IMG/VR virus record: IMGVR_UViG_3300023109_000007
Coordinates: 1 to 64,000 of that record
Reading direction: 5' to 3' (one strand)
DNA: 64,000 nt
Source: a virus
This document shows positions 37,329 to 46,048 of this stretch, piece by piece. A model generated the notes under the pieces. That model worked only from the letters and a program-made list of their open reading frames with translations, was not told the origin of the DNA and ran no database searches. Position 1 is the first letter of the stretch; the number at the start of each line of letters is the position of its first letter. The position numbers were made by a program, and so were the translations under genes.

Positions 37329-38694
37329 TCCAGTCCTCTAATATTTCTCTATATTCAGGAAACACTTTCCTAAAGTTTTTTCTTCTACGTTTATCGTATG
37401 CTTGTATGTATCTTACAAAATCCTGTCTATGTTCAATAGCTGGCTCAGAATTACGTAAATAATCACAGAACCTTTTTATTTGATCCCACTCTTCTAAATA
37501 AAGTCTAGCAAACTTATCTGGGCTATGATACTTTAACCAACTTTCACAGGTAGATTCAATTGCACTTGCATATAGTTCTCTATCCTCAGTATCTAAGAGT
37601 GTGCATTGTAAATGCGGTGGCCACCGCATAATGTTTATGCTTAGAGGTATCCTATTATATTCAAACGCTTTGTTATACTTTTTTCTAAAGTCCATTACCA
37701 CGTTAATAAATTTCTCAAATGTTGGCAATGCTAATATGTTTATAGTTGTCATCATTGCTACTGAACTGTCAGTTTGGTCTAATACTTGTTCTACGTTTGT
37801 TATCCATTGTGCATAGTCTAACCCATCACGCGAGTATTCTGCTTGCTCACCAATACTTTCTAAACTTGTGTACACATCTATTTTTTTGACTTTACCTTTT
37901 AGTTTGTTAATTGACTCTATCAACTTTGTTATTAGTTTATCAGGAACACACAAGTTTGTGTTTATTGCTATTTCTAAATTAGGCTGTGGATTTTCTACTA
38001 GCATGTCTAGAAGTTTCCATGTTTCTTTACTCATTGTAGGTTCGCCGCCAGTAATACGCAACACCTTTAAATGAGGTAACGCATCAGGAAACCATTTCCA
38101 AAAAGCCTTAACGTAAGGATTTACTTCACTGTTAAGGTAAGGAAACTTTTGTGTCTTTTTGAGATAACTTAGATCATGTGATCCGTGCTTTGTAGGATAA
38201 GATCCATTTTGCTGTATATCTTCCATCCACTTACTGCTAATTTCAGGTGAACAGTATGAACATGCAAAGTTACATGCATTAGAAAAACTTACTTCTAAGT
38301 AACTTGGATATGTATTTTCATTAGGATTTGATTTTGCAATTTCATCAAATCTATCCCATGCCCAATAGTCGGCTGTCTTATAGTGTCTGTCACTAAAGTA
38401 ATTTTTATCTAAGTCTTCTATGTTCCAACAGTAATCACACTCTTTTGGACGTTCTCCGTTCAGCATCATTTCACGCTGTTTCTTTTTGTGTTTACTATTG
38501 TGCAGTGCATGTGGATTACCCATTATTTCACTAATAGGTATCTTATGAGGAGCAGGATGGTGACAACTATGATTATATCCGTTTTGCAAGTATAATGTAG
38601 TTTGTAACCACTTAGCTGTACAGAAACTACAACTTACAGAATTTATCTGTTTCCGTTTCTGCTCAAGTAATTCGATGCGCTTTTCATTACTCAT
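37321..38694 (-). CDS. Radical SAM protein with N-terminal His-rich twitch variant (subfamily B2)
   Basis: FCTAKW...SCHHPAPHKIP...HNSKHKK...CDYCW; CNFACSYC; TGGEP; NTNL; AEYSRDG. Tandem paralog of 35883-37328. Confidence 0.9.
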   Translation of the reverse strand: MSNEKRIELLEQKRKQINSVSCSFCTAKWLQTTLYLQNGYNHSCHHPAPHKIPISEIMGNPHALHNSKHKKKQREMMLNGERPKECDYCWNIEDLDKNYFSDRHYKTADYWAWDRFDEIAKSNPNENTYPSYLEVSFSNACNFACSYCSPEISSKWMEDIQQNGSYPTKHGSHDLSYLKKTQKFPYLNSEVNPYVKAFWKWFPDALPHLKVLRITGGEPTMSKETWKLLDMLVENPQPNLEIAINTNLCVPDKLITKLIESINKLKGKVKKIDVYTSLESIGEQAEYSRDGLDYAQWITNVEQVLDQTDSSVAMMTTINILALPTFEKFINVVMDFRKKYNKAFEYNRIPLSINIMRWPPHLQCTLLDTEDRELYASAIESTCESWLKYHSPDKFARLYLEEWDQIKRFCDYLRNSEPAIEHRQDFVRYIQAYDKRRRKNFRKVFPEYREILEDWNA

Positions 38695-39617
38695 TCAGGA
38701 TCAATCACAAACTGTTGCTTTGGGTTTCTACTTGGGTTTTGGTATACCGTCTTAAAGAACTTGCTCTGTTGAGCGTCTAAGGGCTCAACAGCAATAGGAA
38801 TATTTAATTCTTTTATTAATTTAGTTCCGAGTTCTGTAGAATAATACTCAATGTCTTCTTGTACTAATTTACCTTTTTCTTCCCACATAGCGTTTAGATA
38901 TTCAAAGTCACGCACTTGTACATAATCCCAGTCAGTACACATTGTTTGGTACAGCCCTTCTCTAGCACCGTATATAGCCCAAGCACCGTTTCGTACATCA
39001 GAACCTAGCATTAACCAAATCCATAATCTATGCAAATTCTTCCAATGACCTTTTAGAAATTGTTCTTGTGTAGGCTTTACACCTTGATCTAGTGCCATCT
39101 TAACACCTTCTCTAAATCCTGCACGCCATGCTTGTTGTGGTGTTTCGTTATTATATACATAACTGTAACAACTATTTTGTTGTATATACTTTAAGTCCCA
39201 ACAAAAGTCTACTTGTGCATGTGGATTGTCTGGATCTGCATTTTCGTGTGTTTTCATATCTAATACATACTGCTTTGGCCAACACTTTAGTCCGCCATTA
39301 CCATACATAAGTCCATTAATAACATTTTTGCCGCACCAACTAATTACACTATGTTCCAAATCGGCGTGGGCGTCAAAGTCAATTTCTTGTACAAGGAACT
39401 CTGGGTTAATTTGATTGTCACCATCAACTGTAATAAATCTGTCAGTTTCACTTAATTTTGCACATGCTTTGTGTGCAGCGTCACTACCTTTTACTCCATG
39501 TACACGTTTAGCCCAAGGAATCTTACTACACAAGTCCGCATAGTTCTTTTCAGCGTTAGGCTCGTCATAAGACAAATAGATTATATCATAATCAATAACT
39601 TTAAATTTATTACTCAT
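38691..39617 (-). CDS. GT-A fold glycosyltransferase-like protein
   Basis: YDIIYLSYDEPNA...RVHGVKGSDAAH...FITVDGDN (DxD)...YGNGGLK...AGFREG. Homologous to the C-terminus of 24156-25793. Confidence 0.7.
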   Translation of the reverse strand: MSNKFKVIDYDIIYLSYDEPNAEKNYADLCSKIPWAKRVHGVKGSDAAHKACAKLSETDRFITVDGDNQINPEFLVQEIDFDAHADLEHSVISWCGKNVINGLMYGNGGLKCWPKQYVLDMKTHENADPDNPHAQVDFCWDLKYIQQNSCYSYVYNNETPQQAWRAGFREGVKMALDQGVKPTQEQFLKGHWKNLHRLWIWLMLGSDVRNGAWAIYGAREGLYQTMCTDWDYVQVRDFEYLNAMWEEKGKLVQEDIEYYSTELGTKLIKELNIPIAVEPLDAQQSKFFKTVYQNPSRNPKQQFVIDPE

Positions 39618-40227
39618 TAATTACCTCATGCTTATATGTTTCAAAATACTTTGCAGTATAAACGCTTACAACATTATTTTTAAATTCAAACTTTGATTCA
39701 AATGGAAAATTAAATTCATCTGTTTTAATTAAATCATTTACTGAAAGACGTAATGACCTTAATAGAATATTAGGATCGTACTTTGCTGTAATACTAAAGA
39801 ATATATTACTATTAATATTTACTGCTTCTGAATTCAAAAATTCACGCAAAGACTTACTTACTTTAATTGTCCAACTTTGTTTAATATTATCTTGGAAAAT
39901 AATTAAATCACAATCACCGTCAACAAACATAGGCACTTCATAAAGTGTATTATATACGTGATCATTTTCAGTTTCTAGGTCGCCTCTTTCTCTAAGTGTG
40001 TATTCTTTAAGGCCAATGTCAAAAACAACTTTGTATTCATTCATTGTCTTTGTGCCAGACATGATCTCTGTTATACTATTTGCATCTACTTCAATATAAG
40101 AATTGTCATCGTTACCTTTTTTGCCTACTCTAATAAGCTCTCCAGTATCTGTGTCAAATTCTACAAAAGTTTTTGTTGGTACTTGTAGCCCTTGAATCAT
40201 ATCTAAGAATGTATTTGTTTCAGACAT
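39610..40227 (-). CDS. Hypothetical protein
   Basis: 205-aa ORF overlapping both neighbours; no recognisable motif. Confidence 0.65.
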   Translation of the reverse strand: MSETNTFLDMIQGLQVPTKTFVEFDTDTGELIRVGKKGNDDNSYIEVDANSITEIMSGTKTMNEYKVVFDIGLKEYTLRERGDLETENDHVYNTLYEVPMFVDGDCDLIIFQDNIKQSWTIKVSKSLREFLNSEAVNINSNIFFSITAKYDPNILLRSLRLSVNDLIKTDEFNFPFESKFEFKNNVVSVYTAKYFETYKHEVINE

Positions 40228-41065
40228 CTAATAACTCCTCGTATCTCTTTATAACAGCGCCTTCTATAAAGTCTTTTTCTGTGTAATGTAAAATACCTGT
40301 TTGTATGTGATTACCTAACTTTAAATTACAATCTTTATCCATATAAACACTGATTCTGTTTTGCCATTTGTTTATTGCTTCGTGCCAATCTTGTATTCTT
40401 GGCTTCATATGTGTAAAACTTGGAAACTTTACTCTTGTATTCGTAATTTCAGAGTCACAATCTAAAATCTTAGATACAATAGCTGCACTTACATCAATAC
40501 TACAACGCTTAGGATAATGTTCTTTAACATATTGCCCGTAGAATAATTCCCAATTATTAACTACAAGTTCTAACCAAGTATAAAACTTATGAGAAAACTC
40601 ACATTTCTTAAAGTAATGCAATCCTGAGTACAAGTTAGGCAATTCATTTGCAGTAAATGCTTTGCGATAATAATCACTAGTAACTAAATCACCTCTATAC
40701 GTGTAAACATTACTTACAAAGTACATTTCATAGTTTTCTAAAAACTTTACCCATGAGTCAATATCTTGCAACACTAACATATCTGTATCTAACACCAACG
40801 TTCTTGTATAAGGAGATACATGATATATTTTCCAGCGATTTGATATTTTCCAATTTTCTTTTTCTGCACTGTCAGTCCATGGTATTTCAATAATGTTATC
40901 AAAAAATCTTTGATACTGTGCAGGTACTTCGTCATTAGTGATAAGACTAACAGGAATACCAGGATTAGTTTTTGCAATACTCATTGCTGTAACACATGCT
41001 TGCTGAACATAGTCGTCAACATCATTATTTTGCGCAAGCATTACAATACCAAAATTATCTTCCAT
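40220..41065 (-). CDS. GT-A fold glycosyltransferase (GT8/mannosyltransferase-like)
   Basis: YVQQACVTAMSI...SLIT...SPYTRTLVLDTDML (DxD)...YSGLHYF...FTHMK. Start set at 41065 (GGAGA at 41073-41077). Confidence 0.75.
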   Translation of the reverse strand: MEDNFGIVMLAQNNDVDDYVQQACVTAMSIAKTNPGIPVSLITNDEVPAQYQRFFDNIIEIPWTDSAEKENWKISNRWKIYHVSPYTRTLVLDTDMLVLQDIDSWVKFLENYEMYFVSNVYTYRGDLVTSDYYRKAFTANELPNLYSGLHYFKKCEFSHKFYTWLELVVNNWELFYGQYVKEHYPKRCSIDVSAAIVSKILDCDSEITNTRVKFPSFTHMKPRIQDWHEAINKWQNRISVYMDKDCNLKLGNHIQTGILHYTEKDFIEGAVIKRYEELLDV

Positions 41066-41912
41066 TGGATGTCTCCTTGTCAATTTGTCTTACAAGACTA
41101 AATTTATTCATTACGTGAATACTTTGTCCTCTAGTTCGAAGTGCTGTGTATTCTCCTATATGTTTTTCTTTTTCAACTAAGAAAAGCATGTTGTCATTAT
41201 CTAAATCCCACAATATATCTTTATCTAAAGTGTACAATAGTTTTCCAGGCAAAGGTGTTACAAAGCCACCTTGCTGAAATCCATTCATCATGTGTATTGC
41301 TATACTAAATGCAAAGTCATTTCTAAACATTTTGCTAGGTATTTGATAAACTCTTCTGTAGTGATCATATTCGTCTTGTATATGTGCAACTAAATCAAAA
41401 AATCTTTCGTTAATACTTGTTTTTTTGAAGTATACAACAGTAGCCCAATAAAAATCTACACTACTATCACTTACATACTTAAATTCTCTTGGATTTCTAA
41501 TGTTAGATATGTCTATGCTATCTCGATATATTGAAAAGTCATTTACACTACCAAATACATTTTTAAGTAAAGAGTTAGACACTACATAATCAGTGTCCAT
41601 AAGTATTGTTTCATCATACGGAGAGAATCTGTATGCATTAAATCTATCTAAATTTTTGAAATGCGCACGTTGGCTACTCATTGCGCCATCGTTGAATGTT
41701 CTGCCGTTGTCTTTAATCCAAGGTTCAATTGGAATAACCTGATCAAATACTGCTGTATCAAATTCACGTTCTAAATAATGGATAGAATCTGTTACTAGAG
41801 TCGTTGGCACGCCTAAGTATTGCTTTACACGTTTAGCTAAGAAATATGCTTGTTTGATATAATCAATTTGATCATTATTTCTAGCAAATAATAGTACGCC
41901 TTTGCTACTCAT
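41055..41912 (-). CDS. GT-A fold glycosyltransferase (GT8/mannosyltransferase-like)
   Basis: GVLLFA..N...YIKQA...SPYDETILMDTDY (DxD)...WATVVYF...FRNDFAFSIA...HVMNK. Tandem paralog of 40220-41065. Confidence 0.75.
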   Translation of the reverse strand: MSSKGVLLFARNNDQIDYIKQAYFLAKRVKQYLGVPTTLVTDSIHYLEREFDTAVFDQVIPIEPWIKDNGRTFNDGAMSSQRAHFKNLDRFNAYRFSPYDETILMDTDYVVSNSLLKNVFGSVNDFSIYRDSIDISNIRNPREFKYVSDSSVDFYWATVVYFKKTSINERFFDLVAHIQDEYDHYRRVYQIPSKMFRNDFAFSIAIHMMNGFQQGGFVTPLPGKLLYTLDKDILWDLDNDNMLFLVEKEKHIGEYTALRTRGQSIHVMNKFSLVRQIDKETSNGR

Positions 41913-42255
41913 AGTCTACTAAATTTTCCACTGACCTATTTGACTTTATTTTTTCATATTCTGCAAAATAATTATTTGAAGCAGTAAAGTAAACATCTAA
42001 AATGTCGTCATAGAATGATTCTAAACTTAGAATGTTTGTAGGTATATCGTTGTCATCTGTAAGCACTGCTTCTTCAAGACCCTTTTCAACTAATAGACCT
42101 ACAAATGTAATCAGTTCTTTAGTAACAGAAAATTGACATCCGTTTGTATAGTACAATAAATCTTCAAAATATTTTTCTTTAAGTAATCTTTTTTGGTTAT
42201 TCATAGTAACCATGAAGTTACTAAAGTCCAATGCTTTTTCTAGACGTTCATCCAT
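41905..42255 (-). CDS. Hypothetical protein, weakly like DUF4376-type phage tail-associated proteins
   Basis: ATG at 42255 with GGAG Shine-Dalgarno. The NGCQF...LTDDNDIP...LESF pattern is only loosely like DUF4376. Confidence 0.55.
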   Translation of the reverse strand: MDERLEKALDFSNFMVTMNNQKRLLKEKYFEDLLYYTNGCQFSVTKELITFVGLLVEKGLEEAVLTDDNDIPTNILSLESFYDDILDVYFTASNNYFAEYEKIKSNRSVENLVDYE

Positions 42256-42278
42256 AAGGCTCTCCAAGTTATTATAAT

Positions 42279-42307
42279 AGTATATAATACTTTTTGGATT
42301 TTGTCAA
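42279..42307 (-). promoter_or_regulatory. Near-consensus sigma70 promoter heading the enzyme array
   Basis: TTGACA(42307-42302)-17 nt-TATACT(42284-42279) in the intergenic gap between the structural genes and the enzyme cluster. Confidence 0.75.
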
Positions 42308-42318
42308 GAAGAACCTGA

Positions 42319-43530
42319 CTAGATAGTTTGTAAAATTGTACCTGTTACAGGTGAAATATCAACAGTAGTATAATCTACTTCATCTATTGTAAATGTACCA
42401 GATGGACGGAATAGTTGAACACTAGAATTTAATGTTCCAGTAACATCTTCGTCAATATCAAAGAATGGTGCTTGTGATGGAGGGCTATCAAGATCTTGGA
42501 AACGTACTCTAAATCTTATTTCAGTGTTGCTTATTTCTCTTACATAGATATCCCAGTCATTATCTACATAATCACTACCTGAATAATTAGCAAGTAAAGT
42601 GTACCCTGCACTAAGACCTATATAATTGCCTTTATTAGCTTGTATTGTTGCAGAACCTGATGTTGTTGTTGCTGATCTGCCAAAAGTAACTATCCCAGCT
42701 GTGGATAATAACGAGCGCCAGTCATTTGTCTTTAGTCCTGAACCACCAGTTATACTAGAAAATATTCTAATCTCGCCGCCAGCATTAAAAAATCCTTGAC
42801 GTTCGTTTGCGTTTTGCCAGTTTACACTAAACTCGTGTGTAAGTGTGCCGTTCCAATTTGTAAATCTTTGTCTTGATATTGTAGAACCTGTACCGTCACG
42901 TAGATCATCTAAATCGTACTGTCCAGTTCCTTGGGCAAATAAGTTTGCTTCAATTTGTGTCATTAAAGATTCTAATTGTCCAAGTATAGTGTCGTCAACT
43001 ATATCAACTTGTGCTGTCGGAGTAAAGTCTGAAAGAGGATTAGTACCTGTTTGATGTACTCTAGCTGCCATAATATCAAGGTAAAGATTAAACCATTGTG
43101 TCGCTGTTATTCTATCACCTTGTACTTCACGTAATCTATGAGTACCTACTGTTCCGCTTACAGCAACAAGAAGTTTAGAGCTGTTATTAATTGCAGCCGT
43201 AGTATGTAATGTAAATGTATTTGCACTTACTCGATTTACATAATAGTAGTCTTCGTTATTAAGGCTGTATATATCTTGATTGCCTTGATTATCATATAAC
43301 ACTAAATCTCCGTCTACAAATCCGTGACCATTTATTGTTATAACACTAGAATTACTTATAGAACTTGCTACAGCCCAGTTTACATTTCTGTAATTGAGAG
43401 CAGTTGCATTTCCGCTTCTAACAGGTTGTGCATATCCTGTTGTACTAGATGACAATAGTGGATTGCCATAAACTGCGGCAATTCTATCTTGCAAATTATT
43501 AAATCTTGTTGCTAGTACTGATGTAGGCAT
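42319..43530 (-). CDS. Putative virion structural (tail-associated) protein with an inserted beta domain
   Basis: Paralog of 43571-44500 (RFNNLQxRIAA; ARxHQTG; FFNxGGxxR; GGSxLKTxDWR). It has an extra ~90-aa insert (ITINGHGFVDGDLVLY...YYYVNRVSANTFTLH). Confidence 0.6.
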   Translation of the reverse strand: MPTSVLATRFNNLQDRIAAVYGNPLLSSSTTGYAQPVRSGNATALNYRNVNWAVASSISNSSVITINGHGFVDGDLVLYDNQGNQDIYSLNNEDYYYVNRVSANTFTLHTTAAINNSSKLLVAVSGTVGTHRLREVQGDRITATQWFNLYLDIMAARVHQTGTNPLSDFTPTAQVDIVDDTILGQLESLMTQIEANLFAQGTGQYDLDDLRDGTGSTISRQRFTNWNGTLTHEFSVNWQNANERQGFFNAGGEIRIFSSITGGSGLKTNDWRSLLSTAGIVTFGRSATTTSGSATIQANKGNYIGLSAGYTLLANYSGSDYVDNDWDIYVREISNTEIRFRVRFQDLDSPPSQAPFFDIDEDVTGTLNSSVQLFRPSGTFTIDEVDYTTVDISPVTGTILQTI

Positions 43531-43557
43531 GAGAGCTCCGTAACTGTATCACATAAC

Positions 43558-43564
43558 TATTTAT
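43558..43564 (-). promoter_or_regulatory. ATAAATA late-promoter-like motif
   Basis: Intergenic, upstream of the GGAG and ATG of 43530. Confidence 0.6.
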
Positions 43565-43570
43565 GCGTAG

Positions 43571-44500
43571 TTAAAGTATGATAGAATTAAAGAGATTCGG
43601 TGCTTCTACTTCAACGCTTGGGCCTGTTGCTCGGTATACTTGTATAATACTTTTTAATATTCCGTCAACACTTTCATCAACGCCGCCAACAATACCGCCT
43701 GGAGGTACTGGTAATATAGGACTATCACCAGTGTCTTCGTCTCTATATGATATTAAAAACTTAATTACACTGCTATTTTGCTTTTTAGCAGCAATAGTAT
43801 ATCTGTTTTCAGCATATGCTGCATTTACGTCACTACCTACTTTTTGGTAAATTAGTTGGTATGTTGTAGTTAAATCATAAAATCCAACACCATATGCTTG
43901 TCCAGATCCTGAAGATGCTGTAGTATTATATTTAAACTGTACTGTGCCTGCATTGTTAAGAATTACACGCCAGTCATCTGTCTTTAATTCTGAGCCACCT
44001 GATAATGTACTGTAGAAACGTAATTGTCCGCCACTATTAAAGAAGTGCCTTGCTCCATCTGCATTTTCAAATGTTACTTCAACTTCGTGTTGTAAATTGC
44101 CACTCCAACCTGTTTCTCTTGTGCTAGTTACACCTGCTGTTAAACTTGCTTGTGAATCATTGATCTGAAATCTGTCAGCTTCAATGTTTAGCATTAAACT
44201 TTCAAAAGCACTTACTGCTTTATCTACATAAGGCGAAGTATCATCGTCAATAATTAAATCTGCAACATTTATTGATTGTATTTGAGTAGGAACTATACCT
44301 GTCTGATGGGTTCTTGCTCTACTCATATCTAAGTACAACCCTTGCATATCGGCTGCTGTAACTGTTGCACTTGCAAGTGCTTGATCACTTGCTAGTGTTT
44401 GGCCGTAACCGTCGGAACTACTACCATTACCTTGTATTGCTGCAATACGAGATTGTAAGTTGTTGAACCTTGCTGCTGTAATTAGATCACCGACTGCCAT
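43571..44500 (-). CDS. Putative virion structural (tail-associated) protein
   Basis: MAVGDLITAARFNNLQ N-terminus; Gly/Ser/Thr-rich; follows the tail-fibre genes; paralog of 42319-43530. Confidence 0.6.
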   Translation of the reverse strand: MAVGDLITAARFNNLQSRIAAIQGNGSSSDGYGQTLASDQALASATVTAADMQGLYLDMSRARTHQTGIVPTQIQSINVADLIIDDDTSPYVDKAVSAFESLMLNIEADRFQINDSQASLTAGVTSTRETGWSGNLQHEVEVTFENADGARHFFNSGGQLRFYSTLSGGSELKTDDWRVILNNAGTVQFKYNTTASSGSGQAYGVGFYDLTTTYQLIYQKVGSDVNAAYAENRYTIAAKKQNSSVIKFLISYRDEDTGDSPILPVPPGGIVGGVDESVDGILKSIIQVYRATGPSVEVEAPNLFNSIIL

Positions 44501-44509
44501 AACTTTTCC

Positions 44510-46009
44510 TTATACTTTAAGTACGCATTCTACTAGTTTTTCACCTTCGTCACTATTGCTTTCTAATGCAATACCAACTAACGCTGTTGCTGCAATAGTT
44601 GAACAAACACCATCTTCCCAAGCATACACAGGTTGTCCTTTTGAAACTGGTCCAGATACTCTTACTGGAACACGCCCTTTAAGACCAATTGCTTGACCGT
44701 CTGCTTCACTGTTCATTAAGTATGCTGGTTTTTCTGAAATAACACCTATACACATATTACTTGCACTTGCTGCTTTTGTTTCGGCTTCTCCGCCTACTGC
44801 CATTGCTGTACCTACTGGATATTCTTCGTCAGTTGTATACTTTTCTGCAAGGTCAGCATATTGTGCTTCAGTTGCTCTACCTTCAAATGTTACTGCTCTA
44901 AGTTTGTTGTCTGATGTTCTTATAGCTATTGTACCGTTTGGCGCCGCTGCCGGACTTTGTGCTGAACTTGCAGAAATATAATTTCCACCTTCGCCTCTAA
45001 GTGTATCAGCTTTTGTTGCTACTCCTACAAAACTTGTTGCATAAACATTTGCCCATCGTAGTGATTCACTACCAAGGTTCTTTGTATTATCTACAGCTGG
45101 AACCATTCCATCTGATACTATTGAAAGAACATGCTGTGTTGTACTTGTACCATCATTTACTTTGAAAGCAATTTTACTATTTGCGCCAACAGTATGTTCT
45201 ATAATACCTGAGCCTTGCAACGAACCTGCCGCTGTTTCAACACGAATTTTTAGATCTAAACTGTCGCCTACTGCAATTCCGTTGTCTTTTTGGAAATTAA
45301 CTTCTTCAGTAAATACTGTAGCCGAGCCTGGTGCTGCAATAACATATTGACTTGCGTCAACACCGCCTAATTTCAATGCGTTTGTAGATGTTCCCCAAAA
45401 TCTGTGATCACCTGTTGTTATGCCAGTGTCAGGGGTATTGACAAGCGTGATGCCTTTTTTGATTTTGGAAAATCCTGAAATTGGATTTGAATCTGAAAGT
45501 TGAAATGCTGTAGCACTATGTATTGTAATTACTTCGTCGGAAATAATACCTTCAATAATTGTATGTGGCCCACCAACAGTATCAAGAATTTGACGACTAC
45601 GCATTTGGGTAACACCTTCGCCTGCATTCTGTGGTCCAATTAATACAAAGTTTGTGCCATCAAACACATATAGTTGTTTGTTTGATACGTCCCACCAAAA
45701 GTCACCTTGTGTTAGTCCTGTTGGTTGTGCTGCTTCAACTTCTGAGCCACCTGTTGTACGCCATTTATTTCCATCGTAAAACTTTAATTTGTTAATAGTA
45801 CTATCGTACCAAAGCTGCCCGCTAATTGCACGTGGTGGAGGATTAGCTCCACTAAAGTTTTCTAACAAAAACAACATGTTTTCGTTTTGAATTTCACCAT
45901 ATCCTGCATAGTTTTTGCCGATGAATTTTAGATCAGTTGTTGTATCAACTGTACCATCTTCAACTATTGTTAGGATAGTGTTATTATATCTATCTATTTG
46001 ATAAGCCAT
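44510..46009 (-). CDS. Tail fibre/baseplate-associated protein with C-terminal YADLAE (peptidase G2/intramolecular chaperone-like) domain
   Basis: Shared N-terminal module MAY...GYGE...LLENF...P...GQLWYD...LK.YDG; PAVDNTKNLGSESLRWANVY fibre motif; C-terminal YADLAEKY...GVIS..PAYLMN...LKGRVPVRV.G. Confidence 0.7.
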   Translation of the reverse strand: MAYQIDRYNNTILTIVEDGTVDTTTDLKFIGKNYAGYGEIQNENMLFLLENFSGANPPPRAISGQLWYDSTINKLKFYDGNKWRTTGGSEVEAAQPTGLTQGDFWWDVSNKQLYVFDGTNFVLIGPQNAGEGVTQMRSRQILDTVGGPHTIIEGIISDEVITIHSATAFQLSDSNPISGFSKIKKGITLVNTPDTGITTGDHRFWGTSTNALKLGGVDASQYVIAAPGSATVFTEEVNFQKDNGIAVGDSLDLKIRVETAAGSLQGSGIIEHTVGANSKIAFKVNDGTSTTQHVLSIVSDGMVPAVDNTKNLGSESLRWANVYATSFVGVATKADTLRGEGGNYISASSAQSPAAAPNGTIAIRTSDNKLRAVTFEGRATEAQYADLAEKYTTDEEYPVGTAMAVGGEAETKAASASNMCIGVISEKPAYLMNSEADGQAIGLKGRVPVRVSGPVSKGQPVYAWEDGVCSTIAATALVGIALESNSDEGEKLVECVLKV

Positions 46010-46033
46010 TTGTTACCCCTAATGCTTTAATAT

Positions 46034-46040
46034 TATTTAT
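46034..46040 (-). promoter_or_regulatory. ATAAATA late-promoter-like motif
   Basis: Intergenic, upstream of the AGGGG Shine-Dalgarno and ATG of 46009. Confidence 0.6.
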
Positions 46041-46048
46041 CGTAATTT

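Noticed and set aside
12915-38694. Classical RiPP (ranthipeptide/sactipeptide) cluster interpretation of the SPASM/twitch enzymes
   Set aside because: No Cys-rich precursor, RRE/PqqD domain, peptidase or ABC exporter was seen, and the neighbours are glycan enzymes.
1-42255. Bacterial LPS/capsule locus or cellular chromosome
   Set aside because: There is no Wzx/Wzy/ABC export, initiating phosphoglycosyltransferase or housekeeping gene. The block is contiguous with phage tail genes and shares their promoter motif.
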